A stretch of DNA of 64,000 nt, from NCBI GenBank assembly GCA_963743205.1, contig CAVUOW010000005.1:254650-318649 (forward strand), in the 5' to 3' direction. Below are positions 45,039 through 54,986 of the stretch, in pieces. Under the pieces are notes generated by a model that saw nothing but the letters and a program-made list of their open reading frames with translations, was not told the origin of the DNA and searched no databases. The stretch's first letter is position 1, and each line of letters begins with the position of its first letter. This DNA comes from Candidatus Aminicenantes bacterium (GTDB lineage: Bacteria > Acidobacteriota > Aminicenantia > Aminicenantales > Saccharicenantaceae). The position numbers and the translations under genes were made by a program.

Positions 45039-45989
45039 ATGGCCAAAGCGATCAAGGACCTCAAAACCGCCTGCCTTATCAATCCCCGGGCGGCCAATTC
45101 CAAGTGGATGAGGCGGCGGTTCCTCCGCGCCTATCTCCAGAAGAAGCTCCCTGGCGATATCTACGACCACCTCGGCGACATGAAGACGACGGTGGAAAAG
45201 GCCGTCCTGGCCTCGCAAAGCGCCGACGTCATCGTGGCCATGGGCGGGGACGGCACGATCGCCGACACGCTCCAGGGGATCTTCGACGCCGGCAAGCAGG
45301 GCGAGGTCCTCTTCACCGTCATCCCCTTCGGCAGCGGCAACGCCTTCCGCAAGGCCTTCGACATCCCCAAGAATCCCCTCCTGGCCATCGACCGGCTGTC
45401 CGAGGGCGTCGCGCGGCCGATCGACCTCATGGAAGTCGAGGGCCGCATCGCCGCGTTCGCCAGTATCGGGGCCACGGCCCTCGTGACCGGGGAAAAGCTC
45501 CGCGGCAAGGTCGGAGGGATCTGGGGCCACATCCTGGCCGGGCGGCGCCTGTTCGATACGCCCAGGGATGAAAAGACCCTCGAGCTCTACGACGGCTACG
45601 ACAAGTCCGGCCGCTTCGAGAAGAAGATCGTCACCTCGAACTTCTTCGACTGTCTCGTCGCCAAGACGAACTATTTCGGCTACAGCTGGTACATCGCGCC
45701 GAAGGCCGTCGTCGACGACGGGTACCTCGACGTCACCCTGTTCGAGATGGGACCGGTCAAGTACTCCCTCCTCTTTCCGTTCATCTATTTCGGCGTCTAC
45801 CAGAGCCGCCTGCGGCACTACAAGGCCAGGCGGGTCGTCATCAACGGCCATGACCTGCCGATGCAGTTCAACGGCGAGTTCCTGGGCAACCGGGACCGTC
45901 TCGACTTCCGCATCCTGTCGCAAGCCATCCGGATGGTCACTCCGGCCACGCGCCGCGCCGGGAAGCACTTCGCCAAGCATTCCGCCTGA
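45039..45989 (+). CDS. Diacylglycerol-kinase-family lipid kinase (YegS/BmrU-like)
   Basis: 316 aa. ...DVIVAMGGDGTIADTL and VIPFGSGNAFRKAF. Confidence 0.8.
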   Translation: MAKAIKDLKTACLINPRAANSKWMRRRFLRAYLQKKLPGDIYDHLGDMKTTVEKAVLASQSADVIVAMGGDGTIADTLQGIFDAGKQGEVLFTVIPFGSGNAFRKAFDIPKNPLLAIDRLSEGVARPIDLMEVEGRIAAFASIGATALVTGEKLRGKVGGIWGHILAGRRLFDTPRDEKTLELYDGYDKSGRFEKKIVTSNFFDCLVAKTNYFGYSWYIAPKAVVDDGYLDVTLFEMGPVKYSLLFPFIYFGVYQSRLRHYKARRVVINGHDLPMQFNGEFLGNRDRLDFRILSQAIRMVTPATRRAGKHFAKHSA

Positions 45990-45999
45990 GGAGGCCCCT

Positions 46000-46974
46000 A
46001 TGACCGCCAAGAGAGTCGTGCTCGTGGTGTTGGTCCTTGCGGCCGCGCTGACCGCCTGCTCGCCGCAGATCCGTCTGGACCTGCTCGGCGAGGACAAGCT
46101 CCAGGAGGTCGTCCTGGTGCCGAGCGCCGCGCGGGAGAAGGTCCTGGTGATCGACATCGACGGGACGATCTCGTCCGCCCTCGAAACGGGGTTCCTGTCC
46201 CGCGAGAAAAGCGTCGTGGCGCAGGTCTTCGAGCGCCTCGGGCGGGCCGCCGCCGACCCCCGGGTCAAGGCGGTCATCCTCCGGCTCGACACGCCGGGCG
46301 GCGAAGTGACCGCGAGCGACATCATCTACCACGAGATCCTCCGCTTCAAGGAGCGGACGGGCCTGCCCGTCGTCGGGCTGATGATGAGCGTCGCCGCTTC
46401 GGGCGGCTACTACATCGCCTCGGCCTGCGATGTCATCGTCGCCCATCCCTCGACCCTGACCGGCTCGATCGGCGTCATCTCCATCTTCCCCAGCGTCGAA
46501 TCGCTGATGAGCAAGGTCGGGGTCAAGGTCAACATCATCAAGTCCGGCCCGGCCAAGGACTCGGGCTCCCCGTTCCGGGACATGACGGAAGATGAGAAGA
46601 AGATGTTCCAGGGGATCATCGATGAATATTACGAGGGCTTCCTCGCGGTCGTGGCCAAAGGCCGCAAAGGCAAGATCGCGGCCGAGAACCTCCGGACGGT
46701 CGCCGACGGCCGCGTCTACACGGCCCCGCAAGCGCTGAAGCTCGGATTGATCGACGCCATCGGCTACTTCGATGACGCCTTCGGCCAGGCCCGGAAGCTC
46801 GCTTCGCTCAAGGCCGCCAAGCTCGTGTCCTACACCTATTTCCCGAAGACAAAGACGAACATCTACGCCGACCAGCTCGGGAATTTCTCGCCGCTCGAGG
46901 CGAAGGTCGTCGCATCAATGCTGGGCGCCTTGAAAACCGGCTTCTATTACCTCTGGCTGCCCCAGACGCCGTGA
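46000..46974 (+). CDS. sppA: Signal peptide peptidase SppA (36K type)
   Basis: Internal ATG of track ORF 45568..46974 with RBS GAGGAGG. Lipoprotein-like N-terminus ...ALTAC; RLDTPGGEV; MMSVAASGGYYIASACD; GSIGV. Confidence 0.8.
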   Translation: MTAKRVVLVVLVLAAALTACSPQIRLDLLGEDKLQEVVLVPSAAREKVLVIDIDGTISSALETGFLSREKSVVAQVFERLGRAAADPRVKAVILRLDTPGGEVTASDIIYHEILRFKERTGLPVVGLMMSVAASGGYYIASACDVIVAHPSTLTGSIGVISIFPSVESLMSKVGVKVNIIKSGPAKDSGSPFRDMTEDEKKMFQGIIDEYYEGFLAVVAKGRKGKIAAENLRTVADGRVYTAPQALKLGLIDAIGYFDDAFGQARKLASLKAAKLVSYTYFPKTKTNIYADQLGNFSPLEAKVVASMLGALKTGFYYLWLPQTP

Positions 46975-46986
46975 CGTCCCCGCCCG

Positions 46987-47388
46987 CTAGGGCCGGAGGA
47001 CGACCTCGAACTGGGGCGGACGCAGGATGTGGGCCTTGACCGTGCAGTGGTCGACCGATTTGACCAGCGCGTCCCGGTATTTCTCGGGGAACCCGGCGGG
47101 CGGAGTGACGGCGATCGAGATCTTGTCGACCATCTTGGAAACCTCGCCCCGTTCGGTGGTCATGATCACGCCGAGACCTTCCGTGGGGATCTTGCGCTCC
47201 TTGCAGAAGGCCAGGGCATAATACCCGGCGCAGGCGGCGAGGGAGACAAGGAAGACATCGAAGGGGGACGGGGCCGTCCCATCGCCCCCCTCGCGAACGG
47301 GCTGGTCGGTCTTGACGGTGAAGCCCTTGTATTCGACGTCGATCCTGTAGTTTCCGGCGAAGACGACCTTCAGCTCTTTCGGGTTCAT
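46987..47388 (-). CDS. OsmC/Ohr-family peroxiredoxin-like protein
   Basis: 134 aa starting MNPKELKV (RBS AAAGGAG). ...PSPFDVFLVSLAACAGYY...VDHCTVKAHI. Confidence 0.75.
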   Translation of the reverse strand: MNPKELKVVFAGNYRIDVEYKGFTVKTDQPVREGGDGTAPSPFDVFLVSLAACAGYYALAFCKERKIPTEGLGVIMTTERGEVSKMVDKISIAVTPPAGFPEKYRDALVKSVDHCTVKAHILRPPQFEVVLRP

Positions 47389-48134
47389 GGCAGCTCCTTT
47401 CCTTGGCTTTTCGAGCCCGGCCTCCGCTCTCGCGGGCCTTCCAGGGACTTGCGGAACATGGCCAGGATGACGTCCCTGTCCTTGGGCGTCAGGGCCATGC
47501 GGAAGAAGATGTCCCGGACCTTTTCGACGATGAAGGCCCGGTTGGTGTCGTGCATGAAGCCCAGGCTTTCGAGCATGTCGGCGAAACGGCGGCCGGCTTC
47601 GGCCTGCGCGGCATGGTCGAGGGGCAGGTCCCGGCGCAGGGGCGGAGGCGGGCCCTCCCGAAAAGCGACGGCGTGAAGGGCCAGGGTGACGGCGACGCCG
47701 AGGTTGTAGGAGGGCTGCCGCGCGGCCTGGGGAATGTGGAAGCGGACGTTGGCCAAGCCCAGCTCCTCCTGGGTCAGTCCCGTGCGCTCGTTGCCGAAGA
47801 CGAGCCCCAGCCGGGCCGCCGCGGGGTATTCCGCGATCCGGACGACCGCCTCGGCCAGCGAAACCAGGGGGAAGTCGTGGCGGATGCGGGCCGTCGAGCC
47901 CAGGACGAGGTCGCGGTCGGAGACGGCCTCGCCGAGCGAGGGAAAGAACCGCACTCCTTCGATGATGGCATCGGCGTGGACGGCCGTGCGCCACGCGGGG
48001 GGCTCGAGCCTGTCGAGTCCGACGATGCGCAGATCGGCGAAGCCCGTGTTGGCCATGCCGCGCGCGGCCAGGCCGATATTCTCGGGGCTGTCGGGCCGGA
48101 CGAGAACGACGGCCAGGCGGGAGGAGGCGGTCAT
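47385..48134 (-). CDS. SpoU/TrmH-family RNA 2'-O-methyltransferase (TrmJ-like)
   Basis: 249 aa. VVLVRPDSPENIGLAARGMANTGF; LVFGNERTGL; ...IPQAARQPSYNLGVAV. Confidence 0.75.
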   Translation of the reverse strand: MTASSRLAVVLVRPDSPENIGLAARGMANTGFADLRIVGLDRLEPPAWRTAVHADAIIEGVRFFPSLGEAVSDRDLVLGSTARIRHDFPLVSLAEAVVRIAEYPAAARLGLVFGNERTGLTQEELGLANVRFHIPQAARQPSYNLGVAVTLALHAVAFREGPPPPLRRDLPLDHAAQAEAGRRFADMLESLGFMHDTNRAFIVEKVRDIFFRMALTPKDRDVILAMFRKSLEGPRERRPGSKSQGKELP

Positions 48135-48304
48135 AAGCAGATTATAGCCGAGGTCGCTTCGCCGCGGTAGACCCGCCCCTCCGGGATTCTCGCGCCTGCT
48201 CGAACGGCAGATCCGGGTCCCGCCCCGGGGCGCGTTGACAGCGGACGGACGCCGGTGCTATAAACCGGTCCAAGCGGCCGGCGGCCCGGCGAGGAGGTCG
48301 TAAG

Positions 48305-48901
48305 ATGCCCCAGAAGAGAGCGATCAGAGAAAAGGCGGCCTCGCGAAAACCGCGGCAGGCCCGTGCGGGAGCGAAGGAGCTCGAGCACCTGTTCGCGGAG
48401 CGCGGCTTCACCGACATGCGCTGGATCGACCCTGCCGACATCGTCACCGGCGAGTGGGTCCGGATGAAGTGCCGCTACGGCTGCGTGGAGTACGGCCGAA
48501 ACGCCGCCTGCCCGCCGAACGTCCCCCCGGTCGCCGAGTGCGCCCGTTTTCTCCGGGAGTACCGGCGGGCCGCCGTGTTCCACTTTCCCAAGAAGGTCGA
48601 CCGGCCCGAAGACCGCCACGCGTGGGGGCGCAAGCTCAACCTCGAACTCCTCAAGCTCGAGCAGGAGCTGTTCAAGCAGGGGTTCTTCAAGGCCTTCCTG
48701 ATCTATTTCGACAGCTGCAATATCTGCCTCGAATGTGCGGCCAGCCGGACTTCCTGCAAGGAGCCGAAGCTGGCCCGACCGACTGCGGACGCCCTGGGGA
48801 TCGACGTCTACACCACGGTCCGGAAGATCGGATACCCGATCGAGGTCCTGTCCGATTACGACCAGGAGATGAACCGCTATGCCTTCCTGCTCATAGACTA
48901 G
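48305..48901 (+). CDS. DUF2284-like metal-binding (Cys-rich) protein
   Basis: 198 aa. CRYGCVEYGRNAACPP...CNICLECAASRTSCKEPKLARP. A TTGACA-N18-TATAAA promoter lies upstream. Confidence 0.65.
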   Translation: MPQKRAIREKAASRKPRQARAGAKELEHLFAERGFTDMRWIDPADIVTGEWVRMKCRYGCVEYGRNAACPPNVPPVAECARFLREYRRAAVFHFPKKVDRPEDRHAWGRKLNLELLKLEQELFKQGFFKAFLIYFDSCNICLECAASRTSCKEPKLARPTADALGIDVYTTVRKIGYPIEVLSDYDQEMNRYAFLLID

Positions 48902-48962
48902 CGGCGGCAATCCCTCTATAATAGTCTCCAGTTCGTTCATTTCTTTTGAAGGAGGGAATCCC

Positions 48963-49406
48963 ATGATTATTGTTAAGGACATGCTCGACCAGAAAGGTCA
49001 CACAGCCTGGACGATCGGGCCGGACGCCAAGGTCCTCGAGGCGCTCGAGCTCATGGCCAAAAAAGGGATCGGCGCCCTCATCGTCGTCGACAAGGACGAG
49101 CAGATCGTCGGCATCCTGTCCGAGCGCGACTATGCCCGGAAGATCATCCTCATGGGCCGCCAGTCCCAGGATACGCCCGTCCGGGACATCATGACCCGGG
49201 AAGTCTACGGGGTCCACATGGAGACGACGGCCGAGGAATGCATGGCCCTGATGACGGACAAGCACTTCCGGCACCTGCCCGTGTGCAAGGACGGCAAGCT
49301 CAGCGGCGTCGTCTCCATCGGAGATGTGGTCAAGGCCATCATGACCGACCAGAAGGTGGCCATCGTGAACCTCGAGAACTACATCATGGGGAAATACCAA
49401 GACTAG
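48963..49406 (+). CDS. CBS-domain pair protein
   Basis: 147 aa; two CBS-like repeats (...GIGALIVVDKDEQIVGILSERD... / ...HFRHLPVCKDGKLSGVVSIGD). Confidence 0.8.
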   Translation: MIIVKDMLDQKGHTAWTIGPDAKVLEALELMAKKGIGALIVVDKDEQIVGILSERDYARKIILMGRQSQDTPVRDIMTREVYGVHMETTAEECMALMTDKHFRHLPVCKDGKLSGVVSIGDVVKAIMTDQKVAIVNLENYIMGKYQD

Positions 49407-50317
49407 AATTCCATCAGGCCCATCTCGCGAAGGGCCAGATAGGCCGCGCCAAGCACACCTGCCGAATCGCCCAAGACCGCCTTCAGGACGGGGATCGCCC
49501 GTCCGGGGATGCCGAAGAGGCCCTTATTCACGATCGGCGGGACGCACTCGTACCAGATCGGGATGTTCGAGACGCCGCCGCCGAGGATGATGGCCTCGAG
49601 GTCGAGGGCGTTGACGCAATTCGCAAAGAGCTCGCCCATGATCCGGCAGGAGTCCTCGAAGACCCCCCGGGCGGCCGCCTCGCCCGCTTCCGACCGGGCG
49701 AAGATCTTGTCCGGCGTCAGGGCCTCTCCGGCGAGCTCGGCGTAGCGGCGGCTGAGGCTGGGCCCGGAAAGATAGGCCTCGCCGCAGCCTCTCCGCCCGC
49801 ATTCGCAAAGCCGGCCATCGATGGCGATCGACATGTGGCCGATCTCGCCGGCGTTGCCGTGCGGCCCACGATGGAGCCTGTTCCCGAGGACAAGCCCCGA
49901 GCCCATGCCCGTGCCCAGGATGACGGCCATGACCGTGGAAAAGCGCCCGTGGCACTGGGCGAAGAACTCGGCCAGGGCCAGGCAGTTGGCGTCGTTTTCG
50001 ACGATGAGAGGGACGGCGAGCTTCGACCGGAGCAAGCTGATGAGCCCGGGCTTTTCGTAGAGCGGCGTATGCGGCGCGCCGTACATGATGTCGTCCGCGG
50101 CGCGGTAGGTCCCCGGCGTGCCCATGCCCACGGCTTCATAGCGGGCCCCGGCCGCGGTTTCGGCGACGAGCTCGAGGATGTTCCCCACGACCTTCTCGCG
50201 GCCGAGGCCGGGCTCGGAAGGCCGGCGCTTGCGGGCCAGGATCGTCCGCGTTTCGTCGACGAGGCAGGCTTCGACCTTCGTCCCTCCGAGGTCGATGCCG
50301 ACGGCACAGCGGCTCAT
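49403..50317 (-). CDS. ROK-family sugar kinase
   Basis: 304 aa. GIDLGGTK; ENDANCLALAE; GEIGHM; Zn motif CECGRRGCGEAY. Confidence 0.85.
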   Translation of the reverse strand: MSRCAVGIDLGGTKVEACLVDETRTILARKRRPSEPGLGREKVVGNILELVAETAAGARYEAVGMGTPGTYRAADDIMYGAPHTPLYEKPGLISLLRSKLAVPLIVENDANCLALAEFFAQCHGRFSTVMAVILGTGMGSGLVLGNRLHRGPHGNAGEIGHMSIAIDGRLCECGRRGCGEAYLSGPSLSRRYAELAGEALTPDKIFARSEAGEAAARGVFEDSCRIMGELFANCVNALDLEAIILGGGVSNIPIWYECVPPIVNKGLFGIPGRAIPVLKAVLGDSAGVLGAAYLALREMGLMEF

Positions 50318-50424
50318 AGCGGAAACTCCGGGGCTATTTTATGCGCTTCGGCCCGCGAGAGCAACGGGGCCGGCGCCTGCTTTGGAGTTCCCCGGCCTAT
50401 CTGCTATAGTGGGGAACATTCGCG

Positions 50425-51219
50425 ATGAGCCGGACGATCGACATGCCTGAAGACAAGGTCCGCTTCGGTTACCAAGCGGTCGGCGCCAAAGAAAAAAAGC
50501 GGCTCGTCCACGACCAGTTCACCCCCATCGCCGCGACCTATGACCGGGCCGACGCCGTGCTCAGCCTGGGCCTTCACTTTCTTTGGAAGCGCGCGACCGT
50601 CCGGCGCCTGGGGCTCGAGCCCGGCGACCGGCTCCTCGACATCTGCGGAGGGACCGCCGATCTGGCCCTGCGCGCCGCCCGCCGCCTCGGGGCGTCGGGA
50701 CGGGCGGTCGTATGCGATTTCAACCGGCCCATGATGGAGACCGGGCGCGAGAAGAGCGGCCGGGCCCGGAACGGGGAGGTCGTCGCTTTCGTCCAAGGCG
50801 ACGCCGAATCGCTCCCCTTCCCCGATGCCTCGTTCGACGCGATCTCGGTCGGGTTCGGCCTGCGCAATCTCGTCGACCTCGATCGGGGACTCCGCGAGAT
50901 GGCCCGCGTCCTCAGGCCCGGCGGACATTTTTCCGTCCTCGAGTTCACGCTGCCGCGGCGCCGCTGGCAGAGATCCCTTTATGCATTCTATTCCTTCCGG
51001 CTCATGCTCCCGGCCGCCCGGCTCATCACCGGGACGGACGGCCCGTTCCGCTATCTCGCCGAGTCCATCCGCGTCTTCGATCCGCCGGCGGAGGTGACCG
51101 GCCGGCTCGAACGGGCCGGGTTCACCGAGCTCGCCGTGCGGCCCCTTTCCCTTGGTATCGCCACGATCTACTCCGGACAGAAACCCCTGGAGGCCCCCCA
51201 TGCCGCAGATCGTCCCTGA
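50425..51219 (+). CDS. ubiE: Demethylmenaquinone/ubiquinone C-methyltransferase
   Basis: 264 aa. FTPIAATYDRADAVLSLGLHFLWKR, LLDICGGTADLAL, GFGLRNL. Confidence 0.8.
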   Translation: MSRTIDMPEDKVRFGYQAVGAKEKKRLVHDQFTPIAATYDRADAVLSLGLHFLWKRATVRRLGLEPGDRLLDICGGTADLALRAARRLGASGRAVVCDFNRPMMETGREKSGRARNGEVVAFVQGDAESLPFPDASFDAISVGFGLRNLVDLDRGLREMARVLRPGGHFSVLEFTLPRRRWQRSLYAFYSFRLMLPAARLITGTDGPFRYLAESIRVFDPPAEVTGRLERAGFTELAVRPLSLGIATIYSGQKPLEAPHAADRP

Positions 51220-52919
51220 GGCCAAGGCCACCGCGGCCCGGTGCCGCCACTATGCCATGTGCAAGATCGATTATCTCGCCACGGGGCTCTGCCCGTCCGG
51301 GCCTGAAAAGCACTTTGTCGCCTATTATCCCCAGGGTCGGATGGACCTCTATAGGGGACTCGCCGAAGGCCGGATCGGGGTCACGGAAGGGCTCGCCGAC
51401 TCCGCCGACACCTGCACCCTCTGCGGCATTTGCGACGCCCAGTGCCACTTCGCGACGGGCCTGCAGCCGACCGCGGTCATGCGCGCCCTCAAGGATCATG
51501 TCGCGGCCTACCGACGCGAAGGAGGACAGGTCCTCCAGACCCCTGAAGACGACGCCTTGCGCCGGCTGAGGGGCATCGTCGGCCCCAGTTGGGCGTCGAA
51601 CGACCCGGCCATCCTCTGGACCTATGCCGACGACCCCTTCCCGCTCGCCGGCCCGCAGATGCCCCGCTATGTCGTCCTTCCCGGGTCGCATAAAGGGCGG
51701 CTGGCCATGAGGATCGGGACGGACCGGCTCCGGGAGATGAGGGCGGCGCACTCGAGCCGGATCCTGCTCACCGGCGGGGCCGGATTCCTCGGCAGCCACA
51801 TCGCCGTCGCCTTGCTCAGGTCCGGCTTCCCGGTCGTGGCGCTCGTCCGGCCGGGGAAAGGCCTGTCGGCCGGGGCCCGGATGGCGCGCCTCATGGACTG
51901 GTTCGGTCTCGAGGAAGGGCCCCGCCGGAGCCTCGAGGTCGTCGAAGGCGACATCGGCCGCCCGGGCCTGGCCGCAGAACCCTCCGGCAGCCCCGGGGCC
52001 CTGGACGGGATCGACGAGATCGTCCACTGCGCTTCCAATACGGCCTTCGCCGAGCGCAAGCGGGCCGAGGTCGAGGCGGCCAACGTCGACGGACTCAAGA
52101 ACGTCCTCGATTTTGCCGCGCGCAGCGGCTGCGCCTTTTTCCATCACGTCAGCACCGCCTATGTCGCCGGCCGTCGGACCGGTCCCTGCCCGGAGGACTG
52201 GGTCGAAGAGGGCCCGTTCACGAACGTCTACGAAGAGACCAAGGCGCACGGCGAGATCCTGGCCCGGGATGTCTGCGCCCGGGAGGGCCTCCGGCTCAAC
52301 GTCTACAGGCCGACGATCGTCTACGGCGATTCCCGGACGGGACGGACCTTGCGCTTCAACGCGCTCTACTTTCCCGTCAAGGCGGCCGTCTATCTCCGTG
52401 ACATCTACCTCGCCGATATCCGCGAAAAGGGCGGCCGCAAGGCCGCCGAGCTCGGGATCCGGCTGACGGAAGGCGGAGGGCTGGTCATGCCCATCCGCCT
52501 CGAGGTCGCGCGCGAGGGCGGGATCAACCTCGTCCCGATCGATCACTGCGTCCGCGCGTTCATGGCTATCTTCGAAGACGGGCTCGACGGCGGCATCTAC
52601 CACATCGCCAATCCCCGGGCGACGAGGATCGAGGATGTCGTCGACTTCGGCAAGCGCCGCTTCCGGCTGGAAGGGATCGAGACCTGCGGAGCGGCGGACT
52701 TCACCGGCCGGCCGAAGAACGCCCTGGAAGTCCTCTACGACTCCTACCTCGAGGTCTTCCGGCCCTACATGCAGGACACGCGCTCTTTCATCACCGCGAA
52801 CGCGGCGCCGCTGCTCCGAGAAGCGGGGGATCGTCTGCCCCGGGTTCGACTACGAGATGTTCGCCCGGTGCATGGATTTCGCCGTCCAGGTGGATTGGGG
52901 AGCGCGGCTCTTCTCCTGA
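51200..52919 (+). CDS. Composite ORF: Cys-rich/4Fe-4S segment, short FAD-oxidase-like N-terminal stub, and thioester-reductase-type SDR domain; frameshift in G5 run 52825-52829
   Basis: ATG at 51200 (MPQIVPE). CTLCGICDAQCHF. LRGIVGPSWASNDPAILWTYADDPFPLAGPQMPRYVVLPGS resembles the start of a GlcD-type oxidase and then stops. RILLTGGAGFLGSH...HCASNTAF...HHVSTAYV...YEETKAHGE is reductase-like. The C-terminus IVCPGFDYEMFARCMDFAVQVDWGARLFS* lies in the frame of track ORF 52635..52919. Confidence 0.6.
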
Positions 52920-52988
52920 GGGGCTTCGACCCGCCCCCCGCTTCGTCAGGCCGCCGTCCGCCGAATCGTGTAGAATAGGGCTTCGCCC

Positions 52989-53565
52989 ATGACAGAAGCA
53001 AAAACCGCAGGGATCGTCCTCGCTTCGGCCTCGCCCCGCCGCCGGGAGCTCATGGCCCGGGTGGCGTCCGACTTCCGCGTTTTCCCGACGGACGTCGACG
53101 AATCCGCGATCGCCGAGAAGGACCCGCTCGCCTTCGCCGTCGCCGCGGCCGTGCTGAAGGCCAAGACCGCGGCCGAGACATTCCCCGAGGCCATCGTCAT
53201 CGGGGCCGATACCGTGGTCGCCCTCGGGCTGCGGATCCTGGGCAAGCCGGCCGGCAAGGAGGAGGCCCGGGCCATGCTGCGGTCGCTCTCCGGCCGGCGG
53301 CACCGGGTCTTGACCGGTCTCGCGTTCTATCGACAGGCCGAGGACCGCCTTCTCACCGGCTACGACCTGACCTACGTCACGTTCCGCAATCTCTCGGACG
53401 AGATGATCGAGGGCTACCTCGACCAAGGCACGTTTCTCGACAAGGCCGGCGCTTATGCCGTCCAGGAGATCGGCGACGCCTTCGTCGCCCGGATGAAGGG
53501 CGATTACGACAACGTCGTCGGTTTCCCGGTGGAGAAGGTCCGCCGGCTCCTGGCCCGTTTTGTCG
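52989..53565 (+). CDS. maf: Maf-like nucleoside-triphosphate pyrophosphatase (no stop codon; reads into the next domain)
   Basis: IVLASASPRRRELM...IVIGADTVVALGLRILGKP...AGAYAVQEIGDAFVARMKGDYDNVVGFPVEKV. First part of the 1189-aa track ORF 52989..56558. The end coordinate is a domain boundary, not a stop. Confidence 0.8.
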
Positions 53566-54924
53566 CGCCGGCGTTCACGGTCGAGGTCGCGGACATCGAT
53601 TTCCCGGCCAGCGACGGCCGGACCGAGGCCGGAGGCCGCAGGCTTCTCATCCCGGGAGCGGTCACGGGCGAAGTTCTCCGGGTCCAGATCGTCGGGGAGA
53701 GCGGGGCCGCCCGGATCGCCGAGGTCGTCCGCCTCGAATCACCGTCGCCCCGGCGGGCCGAGCCGCGATGCCCCCATTTCGGGAGCTGCGGCGGCTGCCT
53801 TTTTCAGCACGTCGATTACGGGACCCAGCTCGAGCTCAAAGAGCGTTATCTGAAGCGAACGCTCGAGGAAGCGGGGCTTCCGGACGCGGCGTCGGTGACA
53901 AGACCCGTCGTCGCCTCGCCGGACCTCTACGGCTTCCGCAACAAGATGGAATTCGCCTTCGGCGAGAAGTTCGGCGAGCTCGCCCTGGGCCTCAGGGAAA
54001 GGGTCACGGCCAGCCGCCAGACCTACCGCCGGACGCTGCCGGTCGGGGAATGCCCGATCTTCGGCCCGGCCGTCGAGCGCGTCTTCCCCGTCTTTCTCGA
54101 TTTCGCCCAGCGTCAACGGGCTCGAAGGCTTCGAGCCGGCCACCCGGAAGGGCCAACTCCGGCATCTCGTTCTTCGGGAGGGAAAGCGCACGGGCGAGCT
54201 CATGGTCCTCTTCGTGACGGCCGAGCTCCCGGAGATCGATCTGGCGCCTCTGGCCGGACGGCTGGCCGCCGCCGAGCCGGCTCTCCGGAGCTTCGTCCAT
54301 GTCACCAGCGGCCGCGGCTCCGACCTCGTCGAGTTCGAGAGAATGCGCCTGGTCGCCGGCATCCCGTTCATCGAGGAGAAGCTGGCCGGACTCATGTTCC
54401 GGATCTATCCCCCGAGCTTTTTCCAGACGAACACGGCCGGCGCGGAGCTCCTCTACAGACGGATCGGCGAGGAGGCGCCTCTCACCAAGGCGAGCCGGGT
54501 CCTGGGACTTTACTGCGGCAGCGGCGCCATCGAGCTCTCGCTCGCCGCGTCCGCGGGGAAAGTGACGGCCATCGACTCGTCGCCGGCCAATATCGCCAAC
54601 GCCGTGGAGAACGCCCTGGTCAACCGCATCGACAACATCGACTTCGTGCCGGGGACGGTCGAAGCCCTGCTGGCCGATCCGCTTCGCGAGCCGGCCGACC
54701 TTGTCATCGTCGACCCGCCGCGCGTCGGCCTGACGGGCAAAGCCCTGAGCCGGACGATCGCCCTGGGCGCGCCGGCCGTCGCCTACGTGTCCTGCAATCC
54801 CCTTTCGCTCGCCCGGGACCTCAGGGGTTTCCTCGCCGCGGGTTACAGGACCGCTTCCCTCTCTCCCTTCGACTTCTTCCCGCACACGCCGCACCTCGAG
54901 ACGCTGGCCCTCCTCGTCCGCTGA
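53566..54924 (+). CDS. RumA/RlmD-family 23S rRNA (uracil-5-)-methyltransferase, in frame with maf; frameshift near 54105-54118
   Basis: TRAM-like LLIPGAVTGEVLRVQIVGE...; Fe-S Cys cluster PRCPHFGSCGGCLFQH. After the frameshift, track ORF 54202..54924 reads ...FFQTN...VLGLYCGSGAIELSLA...VIVDPPRVGL...YVSCNP. Confidence 0.75.
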
Positions 54925-54986
54925 GGGCGGACACTTTACTTTCCTCCCGGGCCATAGTAAAACTCCGCCCGAGGAGGGATACGACC

